Positions 1-10,881 of a DNA stretch of 64,000 bases are shown here, in pieces. The DNA lies in the NCBI RefSeq assembly GCF_035084215.1, contig NC_090358.1:23436001-23500000 (forward strand), read 5' to 3'. The position numbers and the translations under genes were made by a program. The number at the start of each line of letters is the position of its first letter. Within the stretch, counting starts at the first letter, position 1. The notes under the pieces were generated by a model. That model was not told the DNA's origin and did no database searches. It saw only the letters and a program-made list of their open reading frames with translations. The DNA is from Heptranchias perlo. Its lineage: Eukaryota.

Positions 1-277
1 TCGTTGGCTATTTTGTGCAGTTTTCATACCTTACTCCGAAAAGCATCTTGATGTAATGAAGAAGGTGCATAGAACTGTAACAAGGATAATTCGAGCCAAG
101 GACTTGGGGTTGTTATGGCATTGTTATAGTACGAGACTGGCAATGGAGCCACTATACCCGAGTTAGACTGCCATCTCTGTGCCGTGCTGTGGCCAGGAAA
201 GTAGAGAAAGTTGTTCGCCCTTTCCTAACATTGAAAGTTTGGACTACCTAAAAACTTTCCAAAAGATGTGGTCCAGT

Positions 278-730
278 AGTTGGAGACACTTACCTGGATG
301 GGTGCAGCTGCAACAACACTCAAAAAGCTCGACATCATCCAGGACAAAGCAGTTCACTTGATGGGCAGCCATTCCACCACCTTAAACATTCACTCCCTCC
401 ACCACCGGCACACCGTGGCTGCAGTGTGTACCATCTACAGGATGCACTGCAGCAACTCGCCAAGACTTCTTTGACAGCACCTCCCAAACCCGCGACCTCC
501 ACCACCTAGAAGGACAAGGGCAGCAGGTGCATGGGAACAATATCACATCCAAGTTCCCTTCCAAGTCACACACCATCCTGACTTGGACATATATCGCCGT
601 TCCTTCATCATCGCTGGGTCAAAATCCTGGAACGCCCTACTTAACACCGCCTTCTCAAGGGCAACTAGGGATGGGGAATAAATGCTGGCCTGCTGGCGAT
701 ACCCATATCCCAAGAATGAATTTTTAAAAA
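278..730 (+). mobile_element. 3' fragment of CR1-group LINE (family B)
   Basis: Near-identical to the 3' end of the LINE at 13124-14672 (HSLHHRxTVAxVCTIxRMHCSNSPRLL; same 3' tail GGGxAATAAATGCTGGCC...CATATCCCAAGAATGAA). Confidence 0.85.
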
Positions 731-1243
731 ACCTCCTTGAATTCGTCTTGCATCACTTGTGTAATTCGATCTCTGAGACTTCACTCCCAGTCAATACTAC
801 ATTTTGCATTGCTACAAAGCCAAATATCTTTGCATCAACAATAGATTAGTAAGATAACTGGCCTATAACACTGTTAGTGCTAAAACTGAAACATAAAGGT
901 GTTTCTGATAAATTTCAGTATTTATTACAGGACACCAGCAAGCTGAGCTCATTGGTGAATATTTGGTTAAAATGTAACATTTTGGTGGAGTAAGCTGGAT
1001 CCCAAAATACTGCACCATGGGATGCGATGATAGGGGTTCATGGCACAAAATATTCCAAATACGGTCTTACTAATAATGTATACAACGTTACGATAACTTG
1101 TTTCAACTTATAATCAAATGTCCTTGCCTAGTGAGCAGATTTTCTAGGCTGTGGATATGCCACAAGAAACAGCAGTCAGCAGTTCTGGCAGTTTGTCAAG
1201 CGTGTGCTTTCTTTTAGCAGGACAATATACTCAATGCTTCTCC

Positions 1244-1313
1244 AAAAGCAAAATACTGCGGATGCTGGAAATCTGAAATAAAAACAGAAAATGCTGGAAA
1301 TACTCAGCAAGTC
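1244..1313. mobile_element. Penelope-type terminal repeat fragment (left arm; inverted partner at 2535-2570)
   Basis: AAAATGCTGGAAATACTCAGCAAGTC at ~1288-1313 is the inverted match of GACTTGCTGAGTATTTCCAACATTTT starting at 2535. Family assignment is from recollection of shark PLE termini. Confidence 0.55.
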
Positions 1314-2530
1314 ATAAGAACATAAGAAATAGGAGCAGGAGTAGGCCATCCGGCTCCTCGAGCCTGCTCCGCCATTCAACAAGATCATGGCTGATCTACC
1401 TCAACACCATTTTCCTGCACTATCCCCAAATCCATTGATGCCTTTAATATCTAGAAATCTATTGATCTCTGTTTTGAATGTACTCAATGACTGAGCCTCC
1501 ACAGCCCTCTGGGATAGAGAATTCCAAAGATTCACCACCCTGAGTGGAGAAATTTCTCCTCACCTCAGTCCTAAATGACCTACCCCTTATTCTGAGACTC
1601 TGACCCCTGGTTCTAGATTCCCCAGCCAGGGGAAACATCCTCCTTGCATCTACCCTGTCGAGCCCTGTTAGAATTTTGTATGTTTCAATGAGATCACCTC
1701 TCATTCTTCTAAACTCTAGAGAATACAGGCCCAGTCTACTCAATCTCTCCTCATACGACAATCCCCCCATCCCAGGAATCAGTCTGATGAACCTTCGTTG
1801 CACTCCCTCTATGGCAAGCATATCCTTTCTTAGGTAAGGAGACCAAAATTGTACACAATACTCCAGGTGCGGTCTCACCAAGGCCCTACATAATTGCAGT
1901 AAGACATTTTTACTCCTGTACTCAAATCCTCTTGTAATAAAGGCCAACATACCATTTGCCTTCCTAATTGCTCGCTGCACCTGCATGTTAGCTTTCAGTG
2001 ACTCGTGTACAAGGACACCCAGGTCCCTTTGAACAGCAACATTTCCCAATCTCTTACCATTTAAAAAATACTCTGCATTTCTGTTTTTCCTACCAAAGTG
2101 GATAACTTCACATTTTCCCACATTATATTCCATCTGCCATGTTCTAGCCCACTCACTTAGCCTGACTATATCCCCTTGAAGCCTCTTTGCATCCTCCTCA
2201 CAACTCACATTCCTACCTAGTTTTGTGTCATCAGCAAACTTGGAAATATCAGCAAACCCCATTAGTCACAGTCTGTCAACCTGAAAAAGACCCGTTCATT
2301 CCTACTCTCTGTTTTCTGTCTGTTAACCAATTCTCAATCCTTGCCAGTATATTACCCCCAATTCCATGTGCTCTAACTTTGTTCACCATCCTCCTGTGTG
2401 GGACCTTATCGAAAGCCTTCTGAAAATCCAAATACACCACATCCACTGGTTCCCCCTTATCTATTCTACTAATTACATTCTCAAAGAGCTCCAAGACGTT
2501 TGTCAAACATGATTTCCCTTTCAAAAATCC
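1313..2530 (-). mobile_element. CR1 LINE, 5'-truncated (RT C-terminal part + 3' UTR), with internal deletion near 2250
   Basis: ORFs 1459-2262 (ISKFADDTKLG, RPHLEYCVQFWSP) and 2276-2557 ([20 protein letters not shown]). CR1-type (CATAAGAA)n tail at 1313-1330. The GVPQGS segment is missing at the junction. Confidence 0.95.
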
Positions 2531-3471
2531 TAGAGACTTGCTGAGTATTTCCAACATTTTCTATTTTATTCAATGCTTCTTGGACAGGGCTCAAAAGCTT
2601 TAGGGAGGGCCAGGGTGCAGAATTTTAGTGCAGTGGCAAAGATAAGACCCTGGCTTCGATGTATACTTATCTCAGCCTTCAGTAACCTAAAACTAAATGG
2701 GTAGTAGGCTGCTAACATTTACACCACCAGTCTTTCACTAACACTGGAATGCAAAGATAAGAGGAATGATAAATCTAGAGACAGCGCATTGAAATGTTAC
2801 CATTTTTTAAAAAATGCCCTTAAAAATCCTACAAAAAACTGCAAACCTTCAGTGAGGTTTGCATGTCCTTGTTGCTGCACTATAACAAAAGTAGTGTTAC
2901 GTTGTGGGCAGGCGCCTGAGCAGAATCGCAGAGTCCATTTTCTTCAAATAGACGTTTGCAAGGCCAATTAAATGATTGGAGTCCTCAGATAATTCACTGC
3001 ATTATCCATTGGCATTGGTAAAGCAATTTAACAACCTGATTGCAAAAAAAGAAACCTTGGTAACACTCGCACAATGCATTCTGCATGTTTAGTGGACGTA
3101 TGCACTTTCAAACAAATGCACAATGCACCTTCACTCTAGCTAGTTACCCCAATCCACAGTTAAACATCCATAAAAAAATGGTAACAATTTCACTGCACAT
3201 GCTTCAGCTCTGCATTGTATTTGTCATCGTATCAACAAGTATACTATCTCTACAACCAATTCTTTAGTAAAAACGGATAGGTCTCCCATGGCATCGCTCA
3301 TGAGTAGCTCAGGATACAGGACGGGGAGTGGAGCAGTCAGGTGGGAAACAGGGCGTGGGAAGGAAAGCAGAGCAGTCAGTGGTAGTGGGAGCTGGAGCAG
3401 GATGCACTGTCCAAGATGAAGCAAGTGCAGAGCAGGATTGTTTTCCTGTCATCTGGCAACTGGGGGAAAAA

Positions 3472-3925
3472 AAAGGAACTTGCATTTATATAGCACCATG
3501 CATGACCTATGGATGTCCCAAAGTGCTTCACAGTCAATTAAGTACTTCTGAAGTGTAGTCACTGTTGTAATGCAGGAAACGCGGCAGCCAATTGGCACAC
3601 AGCAAGGTCCCACCATCAGCAATGAGATAAATGAGCAGATTATCTGTTTTGGTGATGTTGGTTGAGGGATAAATGTTGGCCAGGACACCGGGTAGAACTC
3701 CCCTGCTCTTCTTCGAATGGTGCCGTGGGATCTTTTACATTCACCTCAGAGGGCAGACAAGGCCTCAGTTTGACATCTCATTCGAAAGATGGCACCTCTG
3801 ACAATGCAGCACTCCCTCAGTACTGTGCTGATGTATCAGCTTAGATTATGTGCTCACGTCTCTGAAGTGGGGCTTGAACCCACAACTTTCTGACTCAAAG
3901 ACGAGAGCGCTACTACTGAGCCAGC
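3472..3925 (-). mobile_element. tRNA-derived SINE, DeuSINE/SacSINE1-like
   Basis: Reverse strand has a tRNA-like head (GGCTCAGTAG box A; GGGTTCAAGCCC box B). Central domain is shared with copies at 9542, 23875, 26460, 44780 and 57200. L2-like tail (CTATATAAATGCAAGT). Confidence 0.8.
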
Positions 3926-4964
3926 AAGATCTAAGACCTAGGGTGGGCAGAAGTGAGTGGTAGTGGGGCAAGAAACAGAAGTGTTCCCAGGGTTCAGGCC
4001 AAGAGTGGAGGTTTTCCTGGATTTGTGGGAGTTGGGAGTGAACACGTGGGCTTCTACATTACATTATTGTGTCATTACATATTACAAACCTTTGTATATA
4101 GTTACACTATTTTTCCTGTTAGTTACCATATAGTGCAAATGTTTATGCTTCTTGTTTTTATGGCCCCTACTTTTATTAAGGTCAAGTGGTTTTAATTTGA
4201 AAACTCTATAACCTCTCCCTAGCCCCACCTTGCTACGCTTCACTCCTACCGTCCTGCCACAATGTGATCCACTTCCCCACCCTCCTCTGTGCTCTACTCT
4301 CTGCCTGAGAATGGGGACACACTAAACATCACAATTGTGCTTCAGATCCCAGACTATGAATCACGAAGGTATGTGGGATTTAGCAGCAGTTCGAGGGTAT
4401 TGCTAGGTTCTGGTAGCATTAGGGCCGGTTCTGGGACACAGAAGTGTTGCAGGGGGTGGGGGGTGGCTTTGATTTGTTAGCAGGGGCAGGTGGAATGTGA
4501 GGATTAGTTTACTGGGTAATTTCTGTGGTCTTTCAATAACTGTGGAGGGGGGGGTGGGAGAAAGAGTCCAGGGTATGTCAGCACTGGAGTTGGAGGCTCC
4601 CAAGAGCTGACAGCAGTGGAGCAGTGGAGAGGATACCAGGATCTGGAACACTGATAGGATCTTAGGGTGTGTTGGAACTGGGGGTGAAGGGGTCCAAATC
4701 TAGGCACACTCAGGACATATGGGTGGGGGGGGTCCACCAGCTACGTTAATAAGAATAAATATTCCACTTTCTGCAACTCTCTCAGTCTGTCCCTCTCCCA
4801 AAAGAAGTAAATAAATTCATGATTGCTTTAATAGATAAATTGCATAAATAAAAATACCCCATGTACATAAATTGAGTTATAAAATCCTTTCACAAAGAAT
4901 TCAAACGTTCAAGTTGTATGTCGCTTTCATTATTGTATCTCTTGGAAATTGGCTGGGGTTGGGG

Positions 4965-5130
4965 CTCAAAATCTAGGCTGACCCTCTAGGGAAGTACTGA
5001 GGGAGTGCTGCACTGTTGGAGGTGTCCTCTTTCGGTTGAGATGTTCAGCCAAAGCCCTGCCTGCCCTCTCAGGTGGACGTAAAACATTCCACAGCACTAG
5101 TTCTCCACGGTGTCCTGGCCAATATTTATT
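4965..5130 (+). mobile_element. SINE fragment (same family as 9542-9990)
   Basis: GTACTGAGGGAGTGCTGCACTGT...CCCTCTCAGGTGGACGTAAAA matches other copies. Confidence 0.7.
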
Positions 5131-5194
5131 TGGGAAAAATGCAGAGTAGCATTAAAAAAAACACACATGCACACACACACACACTACCCCCCAA

Positions 5195-5715
5195 CTCAAC
5201 CACACCACAGGAAGGATATATTGGCCTTGGAGAGCATGCAGCACAGATTCACCAGAATGATACCGGGGTTGAAAGGGTTAAATTATGAGGACTGGTTGCA
5301 TAGACTCGGCTTGTATTCCCTCGAATATAGAAGATTAAGGGGTAATCTAATTGAGGTGTTTAAGATGATTAAAGGAGTTGATAGGGTAGAGATAAACTAT
5401 TTCCCCTGGTGGGCGAGTCCAGTACAAGGGGGGCAAAACCTTAAAATTAGAGCTAGGCCGTTCAGGGGTGATGTCAGGAAGCACTTCTTCACACAAAGGG
5501 TAGTGGAAATCTGGAACTCTGTCCCTCAAAAAGCTGTTGAGGCTGGGGGTCAATTGAAAATGTCAAAACTGAGATTGATAGATTTTTGTTAGGCAAGGGT
5601 GTTAAGGGACACAGAACCAAGGTGGGTAGATGGAGGTAAGATACAGGTCAGCCATGATCTAATTGAACGGCGGAACAGGCTCGAGGGGCTGAATGAGCTA
5701 CTCCGGTTCCTACGT
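5195..5715 (+). mobile_element. CR1 LINE 3' fragment
   Basis: RKDILALE..RFTRMIPG..LGLYSLE..FFTQRVVEIWNS in ORF 5110-5592, followed by CR1 3' UTR. Confidence 0.9.
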
Positions 5716-6723
5716 TCATCAGATCTGGTGTTTCAATTTTGGTTTTGGAGGTGAAAGCGATCGTCAGATGATTGGGATGACAATGAAAGTTGCTTTCAGA
5801 AAATTGACATTCAGCTATAATCAGGCAGTCATAACAACCTAAAACAAATTTCCTTGAATCCAATAGTGTGATTATAGCACAGTTAACACAGCACAAAGCT
5901 TTTGCTGCAAAAAAGGCTTTGAGAAATGTAAAAAAAAATATTGGCAATCACACTACTCATTGAGTAACTGCAGATACTGAAAGTTAGGAATCTGAGTTCT
6001 TTTGTGAGGAAACTCAACTTCAACTAGATGTAGCAACTCTTAATAATCACTAACATAAACTAATTATCAAAATCTTCCTTTGTCCTTATCAAATAAATTG
6101 GACTATATAAAGGTCTATCCAAAGTAATCAATGCCCATATTGTGAAAGGAAAGCCAGTTGAAGCATTGTTTGTTTGATTATGAAAGTTTTTGAATGTGTG
6201 ATTTTACATCAAGGAGACTCCAGACATCTGTTGATATTATAGTCAAGTGGAAGAAGCTGTAGGACTTCCCTACTCTCATTGCCAACAATAGTCAGGGTAG
6301 ACTGGGCGATCAAGTCCAGAGATTATTCTAAATATACAATAACAACTTGCATTTACATAGCACCTTTAATGTAGAAAACACTGTCTCACGGCACTCGAGA
6401 GAACTGTAAGGGTAAAAATGGACATGAACCAAAAGATGGAGCAATTAAGAGATGGGTTTTAAGGAGGCTCTTAAAGAATGAGAGAAAAGTGTAGAGGCAG
6501 AAGGGTTTTGATACAGGATGGGAGCAAAGTTTATGTTGGGGTGGGGTAAGTTCTAATCTTACCTGCCGAATGCAGGCCACATGCAGTACTGGAAGAGAAG
6601 CAATTACCAGGGACCCTGGCGTATCTGAGTTAAATCAGTATCCATAGGTGGCCGAGCATCTTTCTGTTATGAAGCCAATACTACACTAAGTTAGATTGCA
6701 TTAGTGCCTGCTAGATCAACAGA

Positions 6724-7688
6724 GGCCCTGAATTTTCTGGAAATTCGCACCATTGTAATGGAGCATCTATGTTGTAGGACCCATTTAATGGCGTAAAAGT
6801 CCCAGGAAATTATGCTATACGTTACTTTGCCATTACTTACGCCATGCCAACATTTCCTGGGACTTTTGAGCCTCTGCGCCGTCTCCCTCGACAAAAGAGT
6901 TGAACAATTCCTTTTCATAACACCTCCCCTTTTAAATCAATGGCAATCGCGAGTTTGCTGAACGAACGCCACTGCCACTTAGATCGTTAAAGCATGCCGC
7001 TGGTGGGCTTTTCAATTTAAACATCTATTGCTATTTCAACTCTATTATTTTCAGTCTACTGATGCAGTGAGAAAGAGGGAAAGACAAAAGCGAGAGCGAA
7101 AGCCAAAGGAAGAGAAAGAGAGATAGAAAGAGAAAAAAAGAATTCTGCTGCCTATGTTTCAACCTTTTATAAGTTGCTAATTAAATGTCTGAAACCGAAA
7201 GGAAACTATACTTTCACTCTAAATATTCACTGTAAAATATAAACAGCTCACATTTTGTCAGTGTGGTTTTGCCAGCTTACATAAATCAATATTTATTCCT
7301 GTTTATATGCTTCAGTAATTTTCTGCCAGATATACATTAGCTTGAAATTCCTGCAGAAGTCAACAAGCAAAATGAATTAGAGTGTGTGTGCGTGTGTGCG
7401 GGGGTAATCTGGCTAATGTCTTTCGAGCCTTTTGTTGCTAGATTTTTCTTTGCTCGGAAACTTTCACGTTTACTAAAAGCTCTCAAATAACCCTGCTATT
7501 AAATGTTTTAACCATAATTCGGTTACTGGGCCGTGCCGCTTCTGACTCTCCGCTACGCTCACTGCGGCGTAGTCTGATCAGCTCTTCAGCAAAGTTTGGC
7601 GAGAATTCACCACTGGAGGATTGGGGAACATAAAGGGCTAACTTAAGGCGTTTATCACCAATATCGCCATTGCAGCAAATTCCAGGCC
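6724..7688. mobile_element. Non-autonomous DNA transposon (Harbinger-like MITE)
   Basis: TIRs GGCCCTGAATTT / AAATTCCAGGCC; 3-bp direct repeat AGA at 6721-6723 and 7689-7691. Both ends are homologous to the element at 38188-42884. Confidence 0.75.
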
Positions 7689-7904
7689 AGAGTCTTCCAT
7701 CCAAGTAATAAACAGGCCCAAACAAGCTTAGCTTCAAGGATCAGACATAGTCAGACTTATATGACTGCACATTGGATCACTAGGGAGTCAGTCTGTGGCA
7801 CAGGTGCTAAAGACCTGAATCAGCTGAAACCAATCGATTCTCTTTTCTTCTTCTGCCGCAGTCTCGGGAAATCTGTCCTTCAGAACTGAAAAGGATACAG
7901 TGAA

Positions 7905-8020
7905 ACAAACTGCAAATGCTGGGAACCTGAACATAAAATGCTAGAAACAAAAAGCAATTGTCAGCATCAGAAAAGAGAAACAGTGGGTTAACATTCCAGG
8001 TATAGACCCTTTGTTAGAAC
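7905..8020. mobile_element. Degraded Penelope-type terminal repeat
   Basis: Similar to 1244-1313 (ACTGCAAATGCTGGGAACCTGAA...AAAATGCTAGAAA) and continues into a decayed hammerhead-like segment. Confidence 0.45.
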
Positions 8021-8149
8021 CAAAAGGCAGCCTGGTTCATTAGGTTTTATTTTGGACTCATTTCAATGGATTGAGGCAGATTTTGATTTTCATCAGAACC
8101 TTCAATGCTCTCCATTAACAATATCAGAGACATTTTTGTCCATGCACTA

Positions 8150-8445
8150 GCTTACTTCAACAGCACTTTCGGGTCCTGTGACCTCCAATACCGAGATGGA
8201 TGAAAACGGTAAGATCATGGGAACATCACCTCCAAGTCACACACGATTCTGCTTGGATATATACACCCACTACTTCATCATCATCGCTGGTTCAAAATCC
8301 TGAAATTCCCTGCCTGCCATCTTGGGAGCACAAGGGACTGCAAGGATTCAAGAAGGCTCACCACCACCTTCTCGGGGTAACTAGAGATCAGCACTAAATG
8401 CGGCACTGCCAGCATTGCCACGTCCCGTAAATGAATAAAAAAAAC
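8150..8445 (+). mobile_element. Degraded 3' end of CR1-group LINE family B
   Basis: CATGGGAACATCACC..CAAGTCACAC..GGTTCAAAATCCTG..CACCACCACCTTCTC..AATGAATAAAAAA, as in 278-730. Confidence 0.75.
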
Positions 8446-9179
8446 TTTTTTGGAGGGGGGGGGGCAGTAAAGGGGGCTTGTAAAGGAAAGAGCGAGAGAG
8501 GAAGAGAGAGAACAGCAATACAAAACCTGAGTAACACTTATAAAGGAAGAGAGGAGCAGCATGCTTGGTTTAATTTGACATGTTTCTCTGTGATTTTCCA
8601 TTTGGAACTATAGTGAAATGCTAATGAAAGGAAGATTTTAAAATTGTCATTTTTATGAACAGGGAGCAGTGTGTACTTTTAAATGGAGTGTAAAAAATTA
8701 GGTAAGTGAAGAAAAATCAAAAATTACAATTTATTTTTTAAAATATAACTCTTCAGTTTCCAAATGCTATAGTCCATGGTCACGATGGATCTTTGCTGAT
8801 CTAATAATTTAGTTTATTACATATAGTATATCCTCAAATATAGCACAGCTGACATTGCAACTTCAGCAGTCACTAAAAATATGTAAGCCTGCTATTAAAG
8901 ATAGCTGCCAAATTTAAAATAAGATTGGTGAGATTACTGAGTAAAGAGAATCCTCATCCTCCTACCAGTTTGTAAAAAATTATTGGAGTCTAATAGGAAT
9001 ATATGCATGTAAATGTAGGCAAAAAAAAGTTCAAAAACAGGATATTCAGTTCATTACCTATATCCTTCCATTGATTTTTCTCAGCAAATATCTGTCTACC
9101 TCCCCTTAAAATTACTGATGGGATCAGTCTCAATTACTGCCCTGGGAAGTCCATTCCAAACTATGGGTATGATACCCGA

Positions 9180-9485
9180 ATGGTTATGATATTGGAACAG
9201 CAACCTATAGGTTCAAATTCCACGATGACAGGTTGTGAAATTTGAATTTGATAAATATGGTAGATTTGTGGGCTACTAGCACCAGAAAATGACCATGAAA
9301 GCTTGTGGATTGTTGTAAAAACCCAACTGTCCTTCAGGGAAGACAGGCTGACACTCCTACATGACCTGGTCTACACATGATTCCAGTCTCACACTGTGTG
9401 GTTGACTCTTATTGCCCTCAGTATAAACTAAGGATGGGTAATACTATTTTGCCAATGTTGCCCACTTCCCAAGAACAAATAAAAA
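9180..9485 (+). mobile_element. SINE sharing the 3' tail of LINE family B
   Basis: GGTTCAAATTCC box-B-like head; GACCATGAAAG..GGATTGTTGTAAAAACCCA body also present reversed at ~58900-58940; tail GGATGGGTAATA..GCCCACTTCCC. Confidence 0.55.
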
Positions 9486-9541
9486 GCATTTTGTGTGAAA
9501 TAGTTATATCTGATTTATCCATTCACCTGCCCTCTTCTGAA

Positions 9542-9990
9542 TGTCAGCCTTGGTTCAGTGGTAACATTCTCACCTTTGAGTCAGAAGGTCGTGGCTTTGA
9601 GCCCCATTCCAGAGATTTGAGCACATAATCTAGGCTAGAACTTCTGTGCAGTATTGAGGGAGTGCTGCACTGTCAGAAGTGCCATTTTTCAGATGAGACA
9701 TTAAACCGAGGGCCTGACTGCCCTCTCAGGTGGACATAAAAGACCCCGTGGCACTATTTCGAAGAAGAGCAGGGGCATTCTCCCCGGTGTCAATATTTAT
9801 CCCTCAACCAACACCTAAAACTGATAACCTGGTCATTTATTTCATTGCTGTTTGTGGGACCTTGCTGTGTGCAAATTGGCTGTTGTACTTCCCACATTAC
9901 AACAGTGACTACACTTCAAAAGTACTTCATTGGCTGTAAAATGCAATGGGACGTCGTGAAAGGCGCAATATAAATGCAAATCTTTCTTTC
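9542..9990 (+). mobile_element. tRNA-derived SINE, DeuSINE/SacSINE1-like
   Basis: Full-length copy with head TGTCAGCCTTGGTTCAGTGGT, central CATTGCTGTTTGTGGGACCTTGCTGTGTGCAAATTGGCTG and tail ATATAAATGCAAATCTTTCTTT. Confidence 0.85.
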
Positions 9991-10504
9991 ATGCCTCCTT
10001 TTTATTCTCAGGGCCAGGGTAAACATTTTTCCATGGTTCAACTTGTCAATACTTATACAATTTACGAGAGGCGCATTGCTCATAATTTCTGCTCCTATAT
10101 CTCTCTATTTCCGAATCCGTGTTTAAATAAGCAAACTAAAATGCTAAAATTGAGGGAACTTTAGCTGCCAAATTACTGGCCTCACACTTTAAAAAAAAGA
10201 TAAACGAATGAAGAGTTGCCTATTTCAAAAAAACTAATGCACGGTAAATATATACATATTGGGAGGGAAAGGAGTAATTATCTTTTCAGAGAAAATACAA
10301 GAACAATCCAGGAGACATGAGACTCAGCAAAAAGGGTGAGTATTCCAGTCACTGTTACTTCAACTGAAACAAGCTTTGATTTAACGTGGAATTTTAAAGC
10401 TAAATATGATCAGAGGGGTTTTTTGTTTGCACTGGATAACACTGTTGCATCTCAGGTTAGGAGTCCAACTACAAACACTCACCCTGCCATAACTTAAAAT
10501 CCAT

Positions 10505-10640
10505 AAGGGGGGGGGGGGGAAACGCCATGGCGTCGTGACGTCAGAGGGGCAGGCAGGATAATTTGCATACGTCCGTCAGTGAGTGACAGGGGTAGTGGCC
10601 AATGAGAGGCGGCGAAGGGTGATGTAGGCGGTGCGGCTGG
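10505..10640 (+). promoter_or_regulatory. TATA-less proximal promoter of the endophilin-A gene
   Basis: Within ~80 bp: palindromic YY1-like CGCCATGGCG (10523-10532), full CRE TGACGTCA (10536-10543), octamer ATTTGCAT (10561-10568) and NF-Y-type GGCCAATGAG (CCAAT 10599-10603). Locally CpG-rich; ~230-310 bp upstream of the ATG. Confidence 0.75.
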
Positions 10641-10836
10641 CGGAGAATGTGTGAAACGATACAGTGACAAGCAGTGCTACAGTAGCAAGAGCTGGGGAAC
10701 CATCTGAGAGCTCAGCTGGCAGGGAGCTTGCTTTGCAACTCAGTGAGATATCACACATTTAACACAACAACAAAAGCCAGCTCGTCTCTCCCCCCCCCAC
10801 CACCCCCCTCCTCAAGAAAAAAGTGTGAGGGTCAAG

Positions 10837-10881
10837 ATGTCGGTTGCCGGCTTGAAGAAGCAATTCCATAAAGCCAGTCAG
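10837..10881 (+). CDS. sh3gl3: Endophilin-A (most like endophilin-A3) first coding exon: MSVAGLKKQFHKASQ, the N-BAR amphipathic helix H0
   Basis: ATGTCGGTTGCCGGCTTGAAGAAGCAATTCCATAAAGCCAGTCAG followed by donor GTAGGA (phase 0, 45 nt); Kozak AAGATG. HKASQ matches mammalian SH3GL3 (SH3GL2 has HKATQ, SH3GL1 YKASQ). Paralog call rests on 15 aa only. Confidence 0.88.

Noticed and set aside
9542-9615. tRNA gene
   Set aside because: SINE head with degenerate A/B boxes, continuous with the SINE body; no intact cloverleaf.
10576-10758. 60-aa minus-strand ORF over the promoter/5' UTR
   Set aside because: Non-ATG start, no recognisable domain; expected by chance in GC-richer DNA.
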